Position numbers and translations under genes: made by a program. DNA of 64,000 nucleotides from NCBI GenBank assembly GCA_032718475.1, contig JAUCBJ010003564.1, forward strand, positions 1 through 64,000. Direction: 5' to 3'. Shown here piece after piece: positions 26,497 to 41,400 of the stretch. This stretch comes from Nemertoderma westbladi (lineage: Eukaryota; Animalia; Xenacoelomorpha). The notes under the pieces were generated by a model, which had not been told where the DNA came from, searched no databases, and saw only the letters and a program-made list of their open reading frames with translations. The first letter of the stretch is position 1, and each line of letters begins with the position of its first letter.

Positions 26497-29400
26497 CCCA
26501 CATACATACCCCTAGACTCGATCCACCAGCTGTTGTTCCTGTTGTTCCCTCCCCGTTCGACCCACATCCATACCCCTAGACTCGATCCACCAGCTGTGGT
26601 TCCCTCCCCGTTCGACCCACATACATACCCCTAGACTACTAGATCCACCAGCTGTAGTTCCTGTTGTTCCCTCCCCGTTCGACCCACATACATACCCCTA
26701 CACTCGATCCACCAGCTGTTGTTCCCTGCCCGCTCGACCCACATACATACCCCTAGACTCGATCCACCAGCTGTTGTTCCCTCCCCGTTTGTCCCACATA
26801 CATACCCCTAGACCCGATCCACCAGCTGTTGTTCCCTCCCCGTTCGACCCACATACATACCCCTAGACTCGATCCACCAGCTGTAGTTCCTGTTGTTCCC
26901 TCCCCGTTCGACCCACATACATACCCCTACACTCGATCCACCAGCTGTTGTTCCTGTTGTTCCCTCCCCGTTCGACCCACATACATACCCCTAGACTCGA
27001 TCCACCAGCTGTTGTTCCCTCCCCGTTTGTCCCACATACATACCCCTAGACTCGATCCACCAGCTGTTGTTCCCTCCCCGTTTGTCCCACATACATACCC
27101 CTAGACTCGATCCACCAGCTGTGGTTCCCTCCCCGTTCGACCCATATACATACCCCTAGACTCGATCCACCAGCTGTTGTTCCCTCCCCGTTTGTCCCAC
27201 ATACATACCCCTAGACTCGATCCACCAGCTGTTGTTCCCTCCCCGTTTGTCCCACATACATACCCCTAGACCCGATCCACCAGCTGTTGTTCCCTCCCCG
27301 TTCAACCCACATACATACCCCTAGACCCGATCCACCAGCTGTTGTTCCTGTTGTTCCCTCCCCGTTCGACCCACATACATACCCCTAGACCCGATCCACC
27401 AGCTGTTGTTCCCTCCCCGTTTGTCCCACATACATACCCCTAGACTCGATCCACCAGCTGTTGTTCCCTCCCCGTTTGTCCCACATACATACCCCTAGAC
27501 TCGATCCACCAGCTGTTGTTCCTGTTGTTCCCTCGCCGTTCGACCCACATACATACCCCTAGACTCGATCCACCAGCTGTTGTTCCCTCCCCGTTTGTCC
27601 CACATACATACCCCTAGACTCGATCCACCAGCTGTTGTTCCCTCCCCGTTTGTCCCACATACATACCCCTAGACTCGATCCACCAGCTGTTGTTCCCTCC
27701 CCGTTTGTCCCACATACATACCCCTAGACCCGATCCACCAGCTGTTGTTCCCTCCCCGTTCGACCCACATACATACCCCTAGACTCGATCCACCAGCTGT
27801 AGTTCCTGTTGTTCCCTCCCCGTTCGACCCACATACATACCCCTACACTCGATCCACCAGCTGTTGTTCCTGTTGTTCCCTCCCCGTTCGACCCACATAC
27901 ATACCCCTAGACCCGATCCACCAGCTGTTGTTCCCTCCCCGTTCGACCCACATACATACCCCAAGACTCGATCCACCAGCTGTTGTTCCCTCCCCGTTTG
28001 TCCCACATACATACCCCTAGACCCGATCCACCAGCTGTTGTTCCCTCCCCGTTCGACCCACATACATACCCCTAGACTCGATCCACCAGCTGTAGTTCCT
28101 GTTGTTCCCTCCCCGTTCGACCCACATACATACCCCTAGACTCGATCCACCAGCTGTAGTTCCTGTTGTTCCCTCCCCGTTCGACCCACATACATACCCC
28201 TACACTCGATCCACCAGCTGTTGTTCCCTGCCCGCTCGACCCACATACATACCCCTAGACTCGATCCACCAGCTGTTGTTCCCTCCCCGTTCGACCCACA
28301 TACATACCCCTAGACTAGATCCACCAGCTGTAGTCCCTGTTGTTCCTTCCCCGTTCAACCCACATACATACCCCTAGACTCGATCCACCAGCTGTTGTTC
28401 CCTCCCCGTTTGTCCCACATACATACCCCTAGACTCTATCCACCAGCTGTAGTCCCTGTTGTTCCTTCCCCGTTCAACCCACATACATACCCCTAGACTC
28501 GATCCACCAGCTGTTGTTCCCTCCCCGTTTGTCCCACATACATACCCCTAGACTCGATCCACCAGCTGTTGTTCCCTCCCCGTTTGTCCCACATACATAC
28601 CCCTAGACTCGATCCACCAGCTGTTGTTCCCTGCCCGCTCGACCCACATACATACCCCTAGACTCGATCCACCAGCTGTTGTTCCCTCCCCGTTCGACCC
28701 ACATACATACCCCTAGACTCTATCCACCAGCTGTAGTCCCTGTTGTTCCCTCCCCGTTCGACCCACATACATACCCCTAGACTCGATCCACCAGCTGTTG
28801 TTCCCTCCCCGTTCGACCCACATACATACCCCTAGACCCGATCCACCAGCTGTTGTTCCCTCCCCGTTCAACCCACATACATACCCCTAGACTCGATCCA
28901 CCAGCTGTTGTTCCCTGCCCGCTCGACCCACATACATACCCCTAGACTCGATCCACCAGCTGTGGTTCCCTCCCCGTTCGACCCACATACATACCCCTAG
29001 ACTAGATCCACCAGCTGTTGTTCCTTCCCCGTTCAACCCACATACATACCCCTAGACTCGATCCACCAGCTGTTGTTCCCTCCCCGTTTGTCCCACATAC
29101 ATACCCCTAGACTCTATCCACCAGCTGTTGTTCCCTCCCCGTTCAACCCACATACATACCCCTAGACGTGATCCACCAACTGTTGTTCCCTCCCCGTTCG
29201 ACCCACATACATACCCCTAGACCCGATCCACCAGCTGTTGTTCCCTCCCCGTTCGACCCGCATACATACCCCTAGACTCGATCCACCAGATGTTGTTCCT
29301 GTTGTTACCTCCCCGTTCGACCCACATACATACCCCTAGACTAGATCCACCAGCTGTTGTTCCCTCCCCGTTCGACCCACATACATACCCTTAGACCCGA

Positions 29401-32400
29401 TCCACCAGCTGTTGTTCCCTCCCCGTTCGACCCACATACATACCCCTAGACCCGATCCACCAGCTGTTGTTCCTGTTGTTCCCTCCCCGTTCGACCCACA
29501 TACATACCCCTAGACTAGATCCACCAGCTGTGGTTCCCTCCCCGTTTGTCCCACATACATACCCCTAGACTAGATCCACCAGCTGTTGTTCCCTCCCCGT
29601 TCGACCCACATACATACCCCTAGACTCGATCCACCAGCTGTTGTTCCCTCCCCGTTCGACCCACATACATACCCCTAGACCCGATCCACCAGCTGTTGTT
29701 CCCTCCCCGTTCGACCCACATACATACCCCTAGACCCGATCCACCAGCTGTTGTTCCTGTTGTTCCCTCCCCGTTCGACCCACATACATACCCCTAGACT
29801 AGATCCACCAGCTGTGGTTCCCTCCCCGTTTGTCCCACATACATACCCCTAGACTAGATACACCAGTTGTGGTTCCCTCACCGTTCGACCCACATACATA
29901 CCCCTAGACCCGATCCACCAGCTGTTGTTCCCTCCCCGTTTGTCCCAGATACATACCCCTAGACTCGATCCACCAGCTGTGGTTCCCTCCCCGTTCGACC
30001 CACATACATACCCCTAGACCCGATCCACCAGCTGTTGTTCCTGTTGTTCCCTCCCCGTTCGACCCACATACATACCCCTAGACTCGATCCACCAGCTGTG
30101 GTCCCTGTTGTTTCCTCCCCGTTCGACCCACATACATACCCCTAGACTCGATCCACCAGCTGTTGTTCCCTCCCCGTTTGTCCCACATACATACCCCAAG
30201 ACCCGATCCACCAGCTGTTGTTCCCTCCCCGTTCGACCCACATACATACCCCTAGACCCGATCCACCAGCTGTTGTTCCTGTTGTTCCCTCCCCGTTCGA
30301 CCCACATACATACCCCTAGACTAGATCCACCAGCTGTGGTTCCCTCCCCGTTTGTCCCACATACATACCCCTAGACTCGATCCACCAGCTGCGGTTCCCT
30401 CACCGTTCGACCCACATACATACCCCTAGACTCGATCCACCAGCTGTGGCTCCCTCCCCGTTCGACCCACATACATACCCCTAGACTAGATCCACCAGCT
30501 GTGGTTCCCTCCCCGTTCGACCCACATACATACCCCTAGACTACTAGATCCACCAGCTGTAGTTCCTGTTGTTCCCTCCCCGTTCGACCCACATACATAC
30601 CCCTAGACTAGATCCACCAGCTGTGGTTCCCTCCCCGTTCGACCCACATACATACCCCTAGACTAGATCCACCAGCTGTGGTTCCCTCCCCGTTCGACCC
30701 ACATACATACCCCTAGACTACTAGATCCACCAGCTGTAGTTCCTGTTGTTCCCTCCCCGTTCAACCCACATACATACCCCAAGACTCGATCCACCAGCTG
30801 ATGTTCCCTCCCCGTTCGTCCCACATACATACCCCTAGACTCGATCCACCAGCTGTTGTTCCCTCCCCGTTCGACCCACATACATACCCCTAGACTAGAT
30901 CCACCAGCTGTGGTTCCCTCCCCGTTCGACCCACATACATACCCCTAGACTACTAGATCCACCAGCTGTAGTTCCTGTTGTTCCCTCCCCGTTCAACCCA
31001 CATACATACCCCAAGACTCGATCCACCAGCTGATGTTCCCTCCCCGTTCGTCCCACATACATACCCCTAGACTCGATCCACCAGCTGTTGTTCCCTCCCC
31101 GTTCAACCCACATACATACCCCAAGACTCGATCCACCAGCTGATGTTCCCTCCCCGTTCGTCCCACATACATACCCCTAGACTCGATCCACCAGCTGTTG
31201 TTCCCTCCCCGTTCAACCCACATACATACCCCAAGACTCGATCCACCAGCTGATGTTCCCTCCCCGTTCAACCCACATACATACCCCTAGACTCGATCCA
31301 CCAGCTGTTGTTCCCTCCCCGTTCGACCCACATACATACCCCTAGACTCGATCCACCAGCTGTTGTTCCCTCCCCGTTCAACCCACATACATACCCCTAG
31401 ACTCGATCCACCAGCTGTTGTTCCCTCCCCGTTCGACCCACATACATACCCCTAGACTCGATCCACCAGCTGTTGTTCCCTCCCCGTTCGACCCACATAC
31501 ATACCCCTAGACTAGATCCACCAGCTGTGGTTCCCTCCCCGTTCGACCCACATACATACCCCTAGACTAGATCCACCAACTGTTGTTCCCTCCCCGTTCG
31601 ACCCACATACATACCCCTAGACCCGATCCACCAGCTGTGGCTCCCTCCCCGTTTGTCCCACATACATACCCCTAGACTCGATCCACCAGCTGTTGTTCCC
31701 TCCCCGTTCGACCCACATACATACCCCTAGACTCGATCCACCAGCTGTGGTTCCCTCACCGTTCGACCCACATACATACCCCTAGACCCGATCCACCAGC
31801 TGTTGTTCCCTCCCCGTTCGACCCACATACATACCCCTAGACTCGATCCACCAGCTGTTGTTCCCTCCCCGTTCGACCCACATACATACCCCTAGACCCG
31901 ATCCACCAGCTGTGGCTCCCTCCCCGTTTGTCCCACATACATACCCCTAGACTAGATCCACCAGCTGTGGCTCCCTCCCCGTTCGACCCACATACATACC
32001 CCTAGACCCGATCCACCAGCTGTGGCTCCCTCCCCGTTTGTCCCACATACATACCCCTAGACTAGATACACCAGTTGTGGTTCCCTCACCGTTCGACCCA
32101 CATACATACCCCTAGACCCGATCCACCAGCTGTTGTTCCCTCCCCGTTCGACCCACATACATACCCCTAGACCCGATCCACCAGCTGTTGTTCCCTCCCC
32201 GTTCGACCCACATACATACCCCTAGACTCGATCCACCAGCTGTTGTTCCCTCCCCGTTCGACCCACATACATACCCCTAGACTAGATCCACCAGCTGTAG
32301 TCCCTGTTGTTCCTTCCCCGTTCAACCCACATACATACCCCTAGACTCGATCCACCAGCTGTTGTTCCCTCCCCGTTCGACCCACATACATACCCCTAGA

Positions 32401-35400
32401 CCCGATCCACCAGCTGTTGTTCCCTCCCCGTTCGTCCCACATACATACCCCTAGACTCGATCCACCAGCTGTTGTTCCCTCCCCGTTCGACCCACATACA
32501 TACCACTAGACTCGATCCACCAGCTGTTGTTCCCTCCCCGTTCGACCCACATACATACCCCTAGACTCGATCCACCAGCTGTTGTTCCCTCCCCGTTCGA
32601 CCCACATACATACCCCTAGACTCGATCCACCAGCTGTTGTTCCCTCCCCGTTCGACCCACATACATACCCCTAGACTCGATCCACCAGCTGTTGTTCCCT
32701 CCCCGTTCGACCCACATACATACCACTAGACTCGATCCACCAGCTGTTGTTCCCTCCCCGTTCGACCCACATACATACCCCTAGACTCGATCCACCAGCT
32801 GTTGTTCCCTCCCCGTTCGACCCACATACATACCACTAGACTCGATCCACCAGGTGTTGTTCCCTCCCCGTTCGACCCACATACATACCACTAGACTCGA
32901 TCCACCAGCTGTTGTTCCCTCCCCGTTCGACCCACATACATACCCCTAGACTAGATCCACCAGCTGTTGTTCCCTCCCCGTTTGTCCCACATACATACCC
33001 CTAGACTCGATCCACCAGCTGTTGTTCCCTCCCCGTTCAACCCACATACATACCCCTAGATTAGATCCACCAGCTGTAGTCCCTGTTGTTCCTTCCCCGT
33101 TCAACCCACATACATACCCCTAGACTAGATCCACCAGCTGTGGCTCCCTCCCTGTTCGACCCACATCCATACCCCTAGACTCTATCCACCAGCTGTTGTT
33201 CCCTCCCCGTTCAACCCACATACATACCCCTAGACTCGATCCACCAGCTGTTGTTCCCTCCCCGTTCGACCCACATACATACCCCTAGACTCTATCCACC
33301 AGCTGTTGTTCCCTCCCCGTTCGACCCACATACATACCACTAGACTCGATCCACCAGCTGTTGTTCCCTCCCCGTTCGACCCACATACATACCCCTAGAC
33401 TCGATCCACCAGCTGTTGTTCCCTCCCCGTTCGACCCACATACATACCACTAGACTCGATCCACCAGGTGTTGTTCCCTCCCCGTTCGACCCACATACAT
33501 ACCACTAGACTCGATCCACCAGCTGTTGTTCCCTCCCCGTTCGACCCACATACATACCCCTAGACTAGATCCACCAGCTGTTGTTCCCTCCCCGTTTGTC
33601 CCACATACATACCCCTAGACTCGATCCACCAGCTGTTGTTCCCTCCCCGTTCAACCCACATACATACCCCTAGACCCGATCCACCAGCTGTGGTTCCCTC
33701 CCCGTTCGACCCACATACATACCCCTAGACTAGATCCACCAGCTGTTGTTTCCTCCTCGTTCGACCCACATACATACCCCTAGACTAGATCCACCAGCTG
33801 TTGTTTCCTCCTCGTTCGACCCACATACATACCCCTAGACTAGATCCACCAGCTGTTGTTTCCTCCTCGTTCGACCCACATACATACCCCTAGACTAGAT
33901 CCACCAGCTGTTGTTTCCTCCTCGTTCGACCCACATACATACCCCTAGACTAGATCCACCAGCTGTTGTTTCCTCCTCGTTCGACCCACATACATACCCC
34001 TAGATTAGATCCACCAGCTGTAGTCCCTGTTGTTCCTTCCCCGTTCAACCCACATACATACCCCTAGACTCGATCCACCAGCTGTGGTTCCCTCCCCGTT
34101 CGACCCACATACATACCCCTAGACTAGATCCACCAGCTGTTGTTCCCTCCCCGTTCGACCCACATACATACCCCTAGACCCGATCCACCAGCTGTTGTTC
34201 CCTCCCCGTTCGACCCACATACATACCCCTAGACTCGATCCACCAGCTGTGGTTCCCTCCCCGTTCGACCCACATACATACCCCTAGACCCGATCCACCA
34301 GCTGTTGTTCCCTCCCCGTTCGACCCACATACATACCCCTAGACTCGATCCACCAGCTGTGGTTCCCTCCCCGTTCGACCCACATACATACCCCAAGACT
34401 CTATCCACCAGCTGTTGTTCCCTCCCCGTTCAACCCACATACATACCCCTAGACTAGATCCACCAGCTGTTGTTCCCTCCCCGTTTGTCCCACATACATA
34501 CCCCAAGACTCTATCCACCAGCTGTTGTTCCCTCCCCGTTCAACCCACATACATACCCCTAGACCCGATCCACCAGCTGTTGTTCCCTCCCCGTTCGACC
34601 CACATACATACCCCTAGACTCGATCCACCAGCTGTTGTTCCCTCCCCGTTTGTCCCACATACATACCCCTAGACTCTATCCACCAGCTGTTGTTCCCTCC
34701 CCGTTCGACCCACATACATACCCCTAGACTAGATCCACCAGCTGTTGTTCCCTCCCCGTTCGACCCACATACATACCCCTAGACTAGATCCACCAGCTGT
34801 TGTTCCCTCCCCGTTTGTCCCACATACATACCCCTAGACTCGATCCACCAGCTGTTGTTCCCTCCCCGTTCAACCCACATACATACCCCTAGACCCGATC
34901 CACCAGCTGTGGTTCCCTCCCCGTTCGACCCACATACATACCCCTAGACTAGATCCACCAGCTGTTGTTTCCTCCTCGTTCGACCCACATACATACCCCT
35001 AGACTAGATCCACCAGCTGTTGTTTCCTCCTCGTTCGACCCACATACATACCCCTAGACTAGATCCACCAGCTGTTGTTTCCTCCTCGTTCGACCCACAT
35101 ACATACCCCTAGACTAGATCCACCAGCTGTTGTTTCCTCCTCGTTCGACCCACATACATACCCCTAGACTAGATCCACCAGCTGTTGTTTCCTCCTCGTT
35201 CGACCCACATACATACCCCTAGATTAGATCCACCAGCTGTAGTCCCTGTTGTTCCTTCCCCGTTCAACCCACATACATACCCCTAGACTCGATTCACCAG
35301 CTGTGGTTCCCTCCCCGTTCGACCCACATACATACCCCTAGACTAGATCCACCAGCTGTTGTTCCCTCCCCGTTCGACCCACATACATACCCCTAGACCC

Positions 35401-38400
35401 GATCCACCAGCTGTTGTTCCCTCCCCGTTCGACCCACATACATACCCCTAGACTCGATCCACCAGCTGTGGTTCCCTCCCCGTTCGACCCACATACATAC
35501 CCCAAGACTCTATCCACCAGCTGTTGTTCCCTCCCCGTTCAACCCACATACATACCCCTAGACTAGATCCACCAGCTGTTGTTCCCTCCCCGTTTGTCCC
35601 ACATACATACCCCAAGACTCTATCCACCAGCTGTTGTTCCCTCCCCGTTCAACCCACATACATACCCCTAGACCCGATCCACCAGCTGTTGTTCCCTCCC
35701 CGTTCGACCCACATACATACCCCTAGACTCGATCCACCAGCTGTTGTTCCCTCCCCGTTTGTCCCACATACATACCCCTAGACTCTATCCACCAGCTGTT
35801 GTTCCCTCCCCGTTCAACCCACATACATACCCCTAGACTAGATCCACCAGCTGTGGTTCCCTCCCCGTTCGACCCACATACATACCCCTAGACTAGATCC
35901 ACCAGCTGTTGTTCCCTCCCCGTTTGTCCCACATACATACCCCTAGACTCTATCCACCAGCTGTTGTTCCCTCCCCGTTCAACCCACATACATACCCCTA
36001 GACTAGATCCACCAGCTGTTGTTTCCTCCCCGTTCGTCCCACATACATACCCCTAGACTCGATCCACCAGCTGTGGTTCCCTCACCGTTCGACCCACATA
36101 CATACCCCTAGACTCGATCCACCAGCTGTTGTTCCCTCCTCGTTCGACCCACATACATACCCCTAGACTCGATCCACCAGCTGTGGTTCCCTCCCCGTTC
36201 GACCCACATACATACCCCTAGACTCTATCCACCAGCTGTTGTTCCCTCCCCGTTTGTCCCACATACATACCCCTAGACTCGATCCACCAGCTGTTGTTCC
36301 CTCCCCGTTCAACCCACATACATACCCCTAGACCCGATCCACCAGCTGTTGTTCCCTCCCCGTTCGACCCACATACATACCCCTAGACCCGATCCACCAG
36401 CTGTTGTTCCCTCCCCGTTCGACCCACATACATACCCCTAGACCCGATCCACCAGCTGTTGTTCCCTCCCCGTTCGACCCACATACATACCCCTAGACCC
36501 GATCCACCAGCTGTGGTTCCCTCCCCGTTCGACCCACATACATACCCCTAGACTCGATCCACCAGCTGTTGTTCCTGTTGTTCCCTCCCCGTTCGACCCA
36601 CATACATACCCCTAGACTCTATCCACCAGCTGTTGTTCCCTCCCCGTTTGTCCCACATACATACCCCTAGACTAGATCCACCAGCTGTAGTCCCTGTTGT
36701 TCCTTCCCCGTTCAACCCACATACATACCCCTAGACTAGATCCACCAACTGTTGTTCCCTCCCCGTTCGTCCCACATACATACCCCTAGACTAGATCCAC
36801 CAGCTGTTGTTCCCTCCCCGTTTGTCCCACATACATACCCCTAGACTAGATCCACCAGCTGTAGTCCCTGTTGTTCCTTCCCCGTTCAACCCACATACAT
36901 ACCCCTAGACTCTATCCACCAACTGTTGTTCCCTCCCCGTTCGTCCCACATACATACCCCTAGACTAGATCCACCAGCTGTTGTTCCCTCCCCGTTTGTC
37001 CCACATACATACCCCTAGACTAGATCCACCAGCTGTAGTCCCTGTTGTTCCTTCCCCGTTCAACCCACATACATACCCCTAGACTCTATCCACCAACTGT
37101 TGTTCCCTCCCCGTTCGTCCCACATACATACCCCTAGACTCGATCCACCAGCTGTTGTTCCCTCCTCGTTCGACCCACATACATACCCCTAGACTCTATC
37201 CACCAGCTGTTGTTCCCTCCCCGTTTGTCCCACATACATACCCCTAGACTCGATCCACCAGCTGTTGTTCCCTCCTCGTTCGACCCACATACATACCCCT
37301 AGACTCTATCCACCAGCTGTTGTTCCCTCCCCGTTTGTCCCACATACATACCCCAAGACTCGATCCACCAGCTGTGGTTCCCTCCCCGTTCGACCCACAT
37401 ACATACCCCTAGACTCGATCCACCAGCTGTAGTCCCTGTTGTTCCCTCCCCGTTCAACCCACATACATACCCCTAGACTCGATTCACCAGCTGTTGTTCC
37501 CTCCCCGTTTGTCCCACATACATACCCCTAGACCCGATCCACCAGCTGTTGTTCCCTCCCCGTTCGACCCACATACATACCCCTAGACTCGATCCACCAG
37601 CTGTGGTTCCCTCCCCGTTCGACCCACATACATACCCCTAGACTAGATCCACCAGCTGTTGTTCCCTCCCCGTTCGACCCACATACATACCCCTAGACTA
37701 GATCCACCAGCTGTAGTCCCTGTTGTTCCCTCCCCGTTCGACCCACATACATACCCCTAGACTAGATCCACCAGCTGTGGTTCCCTCCCCGTTCGACCCA
37801 CATACATACCCCTAGACCCGATCCACCAGCTGTTGTTCCCTCCCCGTTCGACCCACATACATACCCCTAGACTCGATCCACCAGCTGTGGTTCCCTCCCC
37901 GTTCGACCCACATACATACCCCTAGACTCGATCCACCAGCTGTGGTTCCCTCCCCGTTCGACCCACATACATACCCCTAGACTCGATCCACCAGCTGTGG
38001 TTCCCTCCCCGTTCGACCCACATACATACCCCTAGACTAGATCCACCAGCTGTTGTTCCCTCCCCGTTCGACCCACATACATACCCCTAGACTAGATCCA
38101 CCAGCTGTAGTCCCTGTTGTTCCCTCCCCGTTCGACCCACATACATACCCCTAGACTAGATCCACCAGCTGTTGTTCCCTCCCCGTTCGACCCACATACA
38201 TACCCCTAGACTCGATCCACCAGCTGTTGTTCCCTCCCCGTTCGACCCACATACATACCCCTAGACCCGATCCACCAGCTGTTGTTCCCTCCCCGTTCGA
38301 CCCACATACATACCCCTAGACTCGATCCACCAGCTGTGGTTCCCTCCCCGTTCGACCCACATACATACCCCTAGACTAGATCCACCAGCTGTGGTTCCCT

Positions 38401-41400
38401 CCCCGTTCGACCCACATACATACCCCTAGACTCGATCCACCAGCTGTGGTTCCCTCCCCGTTCGACCCACATACATACCCCTAGACTAGATCCACCAGCT
38501 GTTGTTCCCTCCCCGTTCGACCCACATACATACCCCTAGACTAGATCCACCAGCTGTAGTCCCTGTTGTTCCCTCCCCGTTCGACCCACATACATACCCC
38601 TAGACTCGATCCACCAGCTGTTGTTCCCTCCCCGTTCGACCCACATACATACCCCTAGACTCGATCCACCAGCTGTTGTTCCCTCCCCGTTCGACCCACA
38701 TACATACCCCTAGACCCGATCCACCAGCTGTTGTTCCCTCCCCGTTCGACCCACATACATACCCCTAGACTCGATCCACCAGCTGTGGTTCCCTCCCCGT
38801 TCGACCCACATACATACCCCTAGACTAGATCCACCAGCTGTGGTTCCCTCCCCGTTCGACCCACATACATACCCCTAGACTCGATCCACCAGCTGTGGTT
38901 CCCTCCCCGTTCGACCCACATACATACCCCTAGACTAGATCCACCAGCTGTTGTTCCCTCCCCGTTCGACCCACATACATACCCCTAGACTAGATCCACC
39001 AGCTGTAGTCCCTGTTGTTCCCTCCCCGTTCGACCCACATACATACCCCTAGACTCGATCCACCAGCTGTTGTTCCCTCCCCGTTCGACCCACATACATA
39101 CCCCTAGACTCGATCCACCAGCTGTTGTTCCCTCCCCGTTCGACCCACATACATACCCCTAGACTAGATACACCAGTTGTGGTTCCCTCACCGTTCGACC
39201 CACATACATACCCCTAGACTAGATCCACCAGCTGTAGTCCCTGTTGTTCCCTCCCCGTTCGACCCACATACATACCCCTAGACTAGATCCACCAGCTGTT
39301 GTTCCCTCCCCGTTCGACCCACATACATACCCCTAGACTCGATCCACCAGCTGTTGTTCCCTCCCCGTTCGACCCACATACATACCCCTAGACTCGATCC
39401 ACCAGCTGTTGTTCCCTCCCCGTTCGACCCACATACATACCCCTAGACTCGATCCACCAGCTGTTGTTCCCTCCCCGTTCGACCCACATACATACCCCTA
39501 GACTAGATCCACCAGCTGTTGTTCCTGTTGTTCCCTCCCCGTTCGACCCACATACATACCCCTAGACTCGATCCACAAGCTGTTGTTCCTGTTGTTCCCT
39601 CCCCGTTCGACCCACATACATACCCCTAGACTCGATCCACCAGATGTTGTTCCCTCCCCGTTCGACCCACATACATACCCCTAGACTCGATCCACCAGCT
39701 GTTGTTCCCTCCCCGTTCGACCCACATACATACCCCTAGACTAGATCCACCAGCTGCTGTTCCCTCCCCGTTCGACCCACATACATACCCCTAGACTAGA
39801 TCCACCAGCTGTGGCTCCCTCCACGTTCGTCCCACATACATACCCCTAGACTCGATCCACCAGCTGTTGTTCACTCCCCGTTCGTCCCACATACATACCC
39901 CTAGACTCGATCCACCAGCTGTGGTTCCCTCCCCGTTCGACCCACATACATACCCCTAGACTCGATCCACCAGCTGTTGTTCCCTCCCCGTTCAACCCAC
40001 ATACATACCCCTAGACTCGATCCACCAGCTGTGGTTCCCTCCCCGTTCAACCCACATACATACCCCTAGACTCGATCCACCAGCTGTTGTTCCCTCCCCG
40101 TTCGACCCACATACATACCCCTAGACTAGATCCACCAGCTGTAGTCCCTGTTGTTCCTTCCCCGTTCAACCCACATACATACCCCTAGACTAGATCCACC
40201 AGCTGTGGCTCCCTCCCTGTTCGACCCACATACATACCCCTAGACTAGATCCACCAGCTGTTGTTCCCTCCCCGTTTGTCCCACATACATACCCCTAGAC
40301 TCGATCCACCAGCTGTAGTCCCTGTTGTTCCTTCCCCGTTCAACCCACATACATACCCCTAGACTCGATCCACCAGCTGTGGTTCCCTCACCGTTCGACC
40401 CACATACATACCCCTACACTCGATCCACCAGCTGTTGTTCCCTCCTCGTTCGACCCACATACATACCCCTAGACTCTATCCACCAGCTGTTGTTCCCTCC
40501 CCGTTTGTCCCACATACATACCCCTAGACTCGATCCACCAGCTGTTGTTCCCTCCCCGTTCAACCCACATACATACCCCTAGACTAGATCCACCAGCTGT
40601 AGTCCCTGTTGTTCCTTCCCCGTTCAACCCACATACATACCCCTAGACTAGATCCACCAGCTGTGGCTCCCTCCCCGTTCGACCCACATACATACCCCTA
40701 GACCCGATCCACCAGATGTTGTTCCCTCCCCGTTTGTCCCACATACATACCCCTAGACTCGATCCACCAGCTGTTGTTCCCTCCTCGTTCGACCCACATA
40801 CATACCCCTAGACTCTATCCACCAGCTGTTGTTCCCTCCCCGTTTGTCCCACATACATACCCCTAGACTCGATCCCCCAGCTGTTGTTCCTGTTGTTCCC
40901 TCCCCGTTCGACCCACATACATACCCCTAGACTCGATCCACCAGCTGTTGTTCCCTCCCCGTTCGACCCACATACATACCCCTAGACCCGATCCACCAGC
41001 TGTTGTTCCCTCCCCGTTTGTCCCACATACATACCCCTAGACCCGATCCACCAGCTGTGGTTCCCTCCCCGTTCGACCCACATACATACCCCTAGACTCG
41101 ATCCACCAGCTGTTGTTCCTGTTATTCCCTCCCGTTCGACCCACATACATACCCCTAGACCCGATCCACCAGCTGTGGTTCCCTCCCCGTTCGACCCACA
41201 TACATACCCCAAGACTCGATCCACCAGCTGTTGTTCCCTCCCCGTTCGACCCACATACATACCCCTAGACTAGATCCACCAGCTGTGGCTCCCTCCACGT
41301 TCGTCCCACATACATACCCCTAGACGTGATCCACCAGCTGTGGCTCCCTCCCCGTTCAACCCACATACATACCCCTAGACTCGATCCACCAGCTGTTGTT

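Noticed and set aside
26493-26567. First 25 aa of the 1085-aa ORF
   Set aside because: Almost all of it derives from satellite sequence outside the LINE junction; chance in-frame extension.
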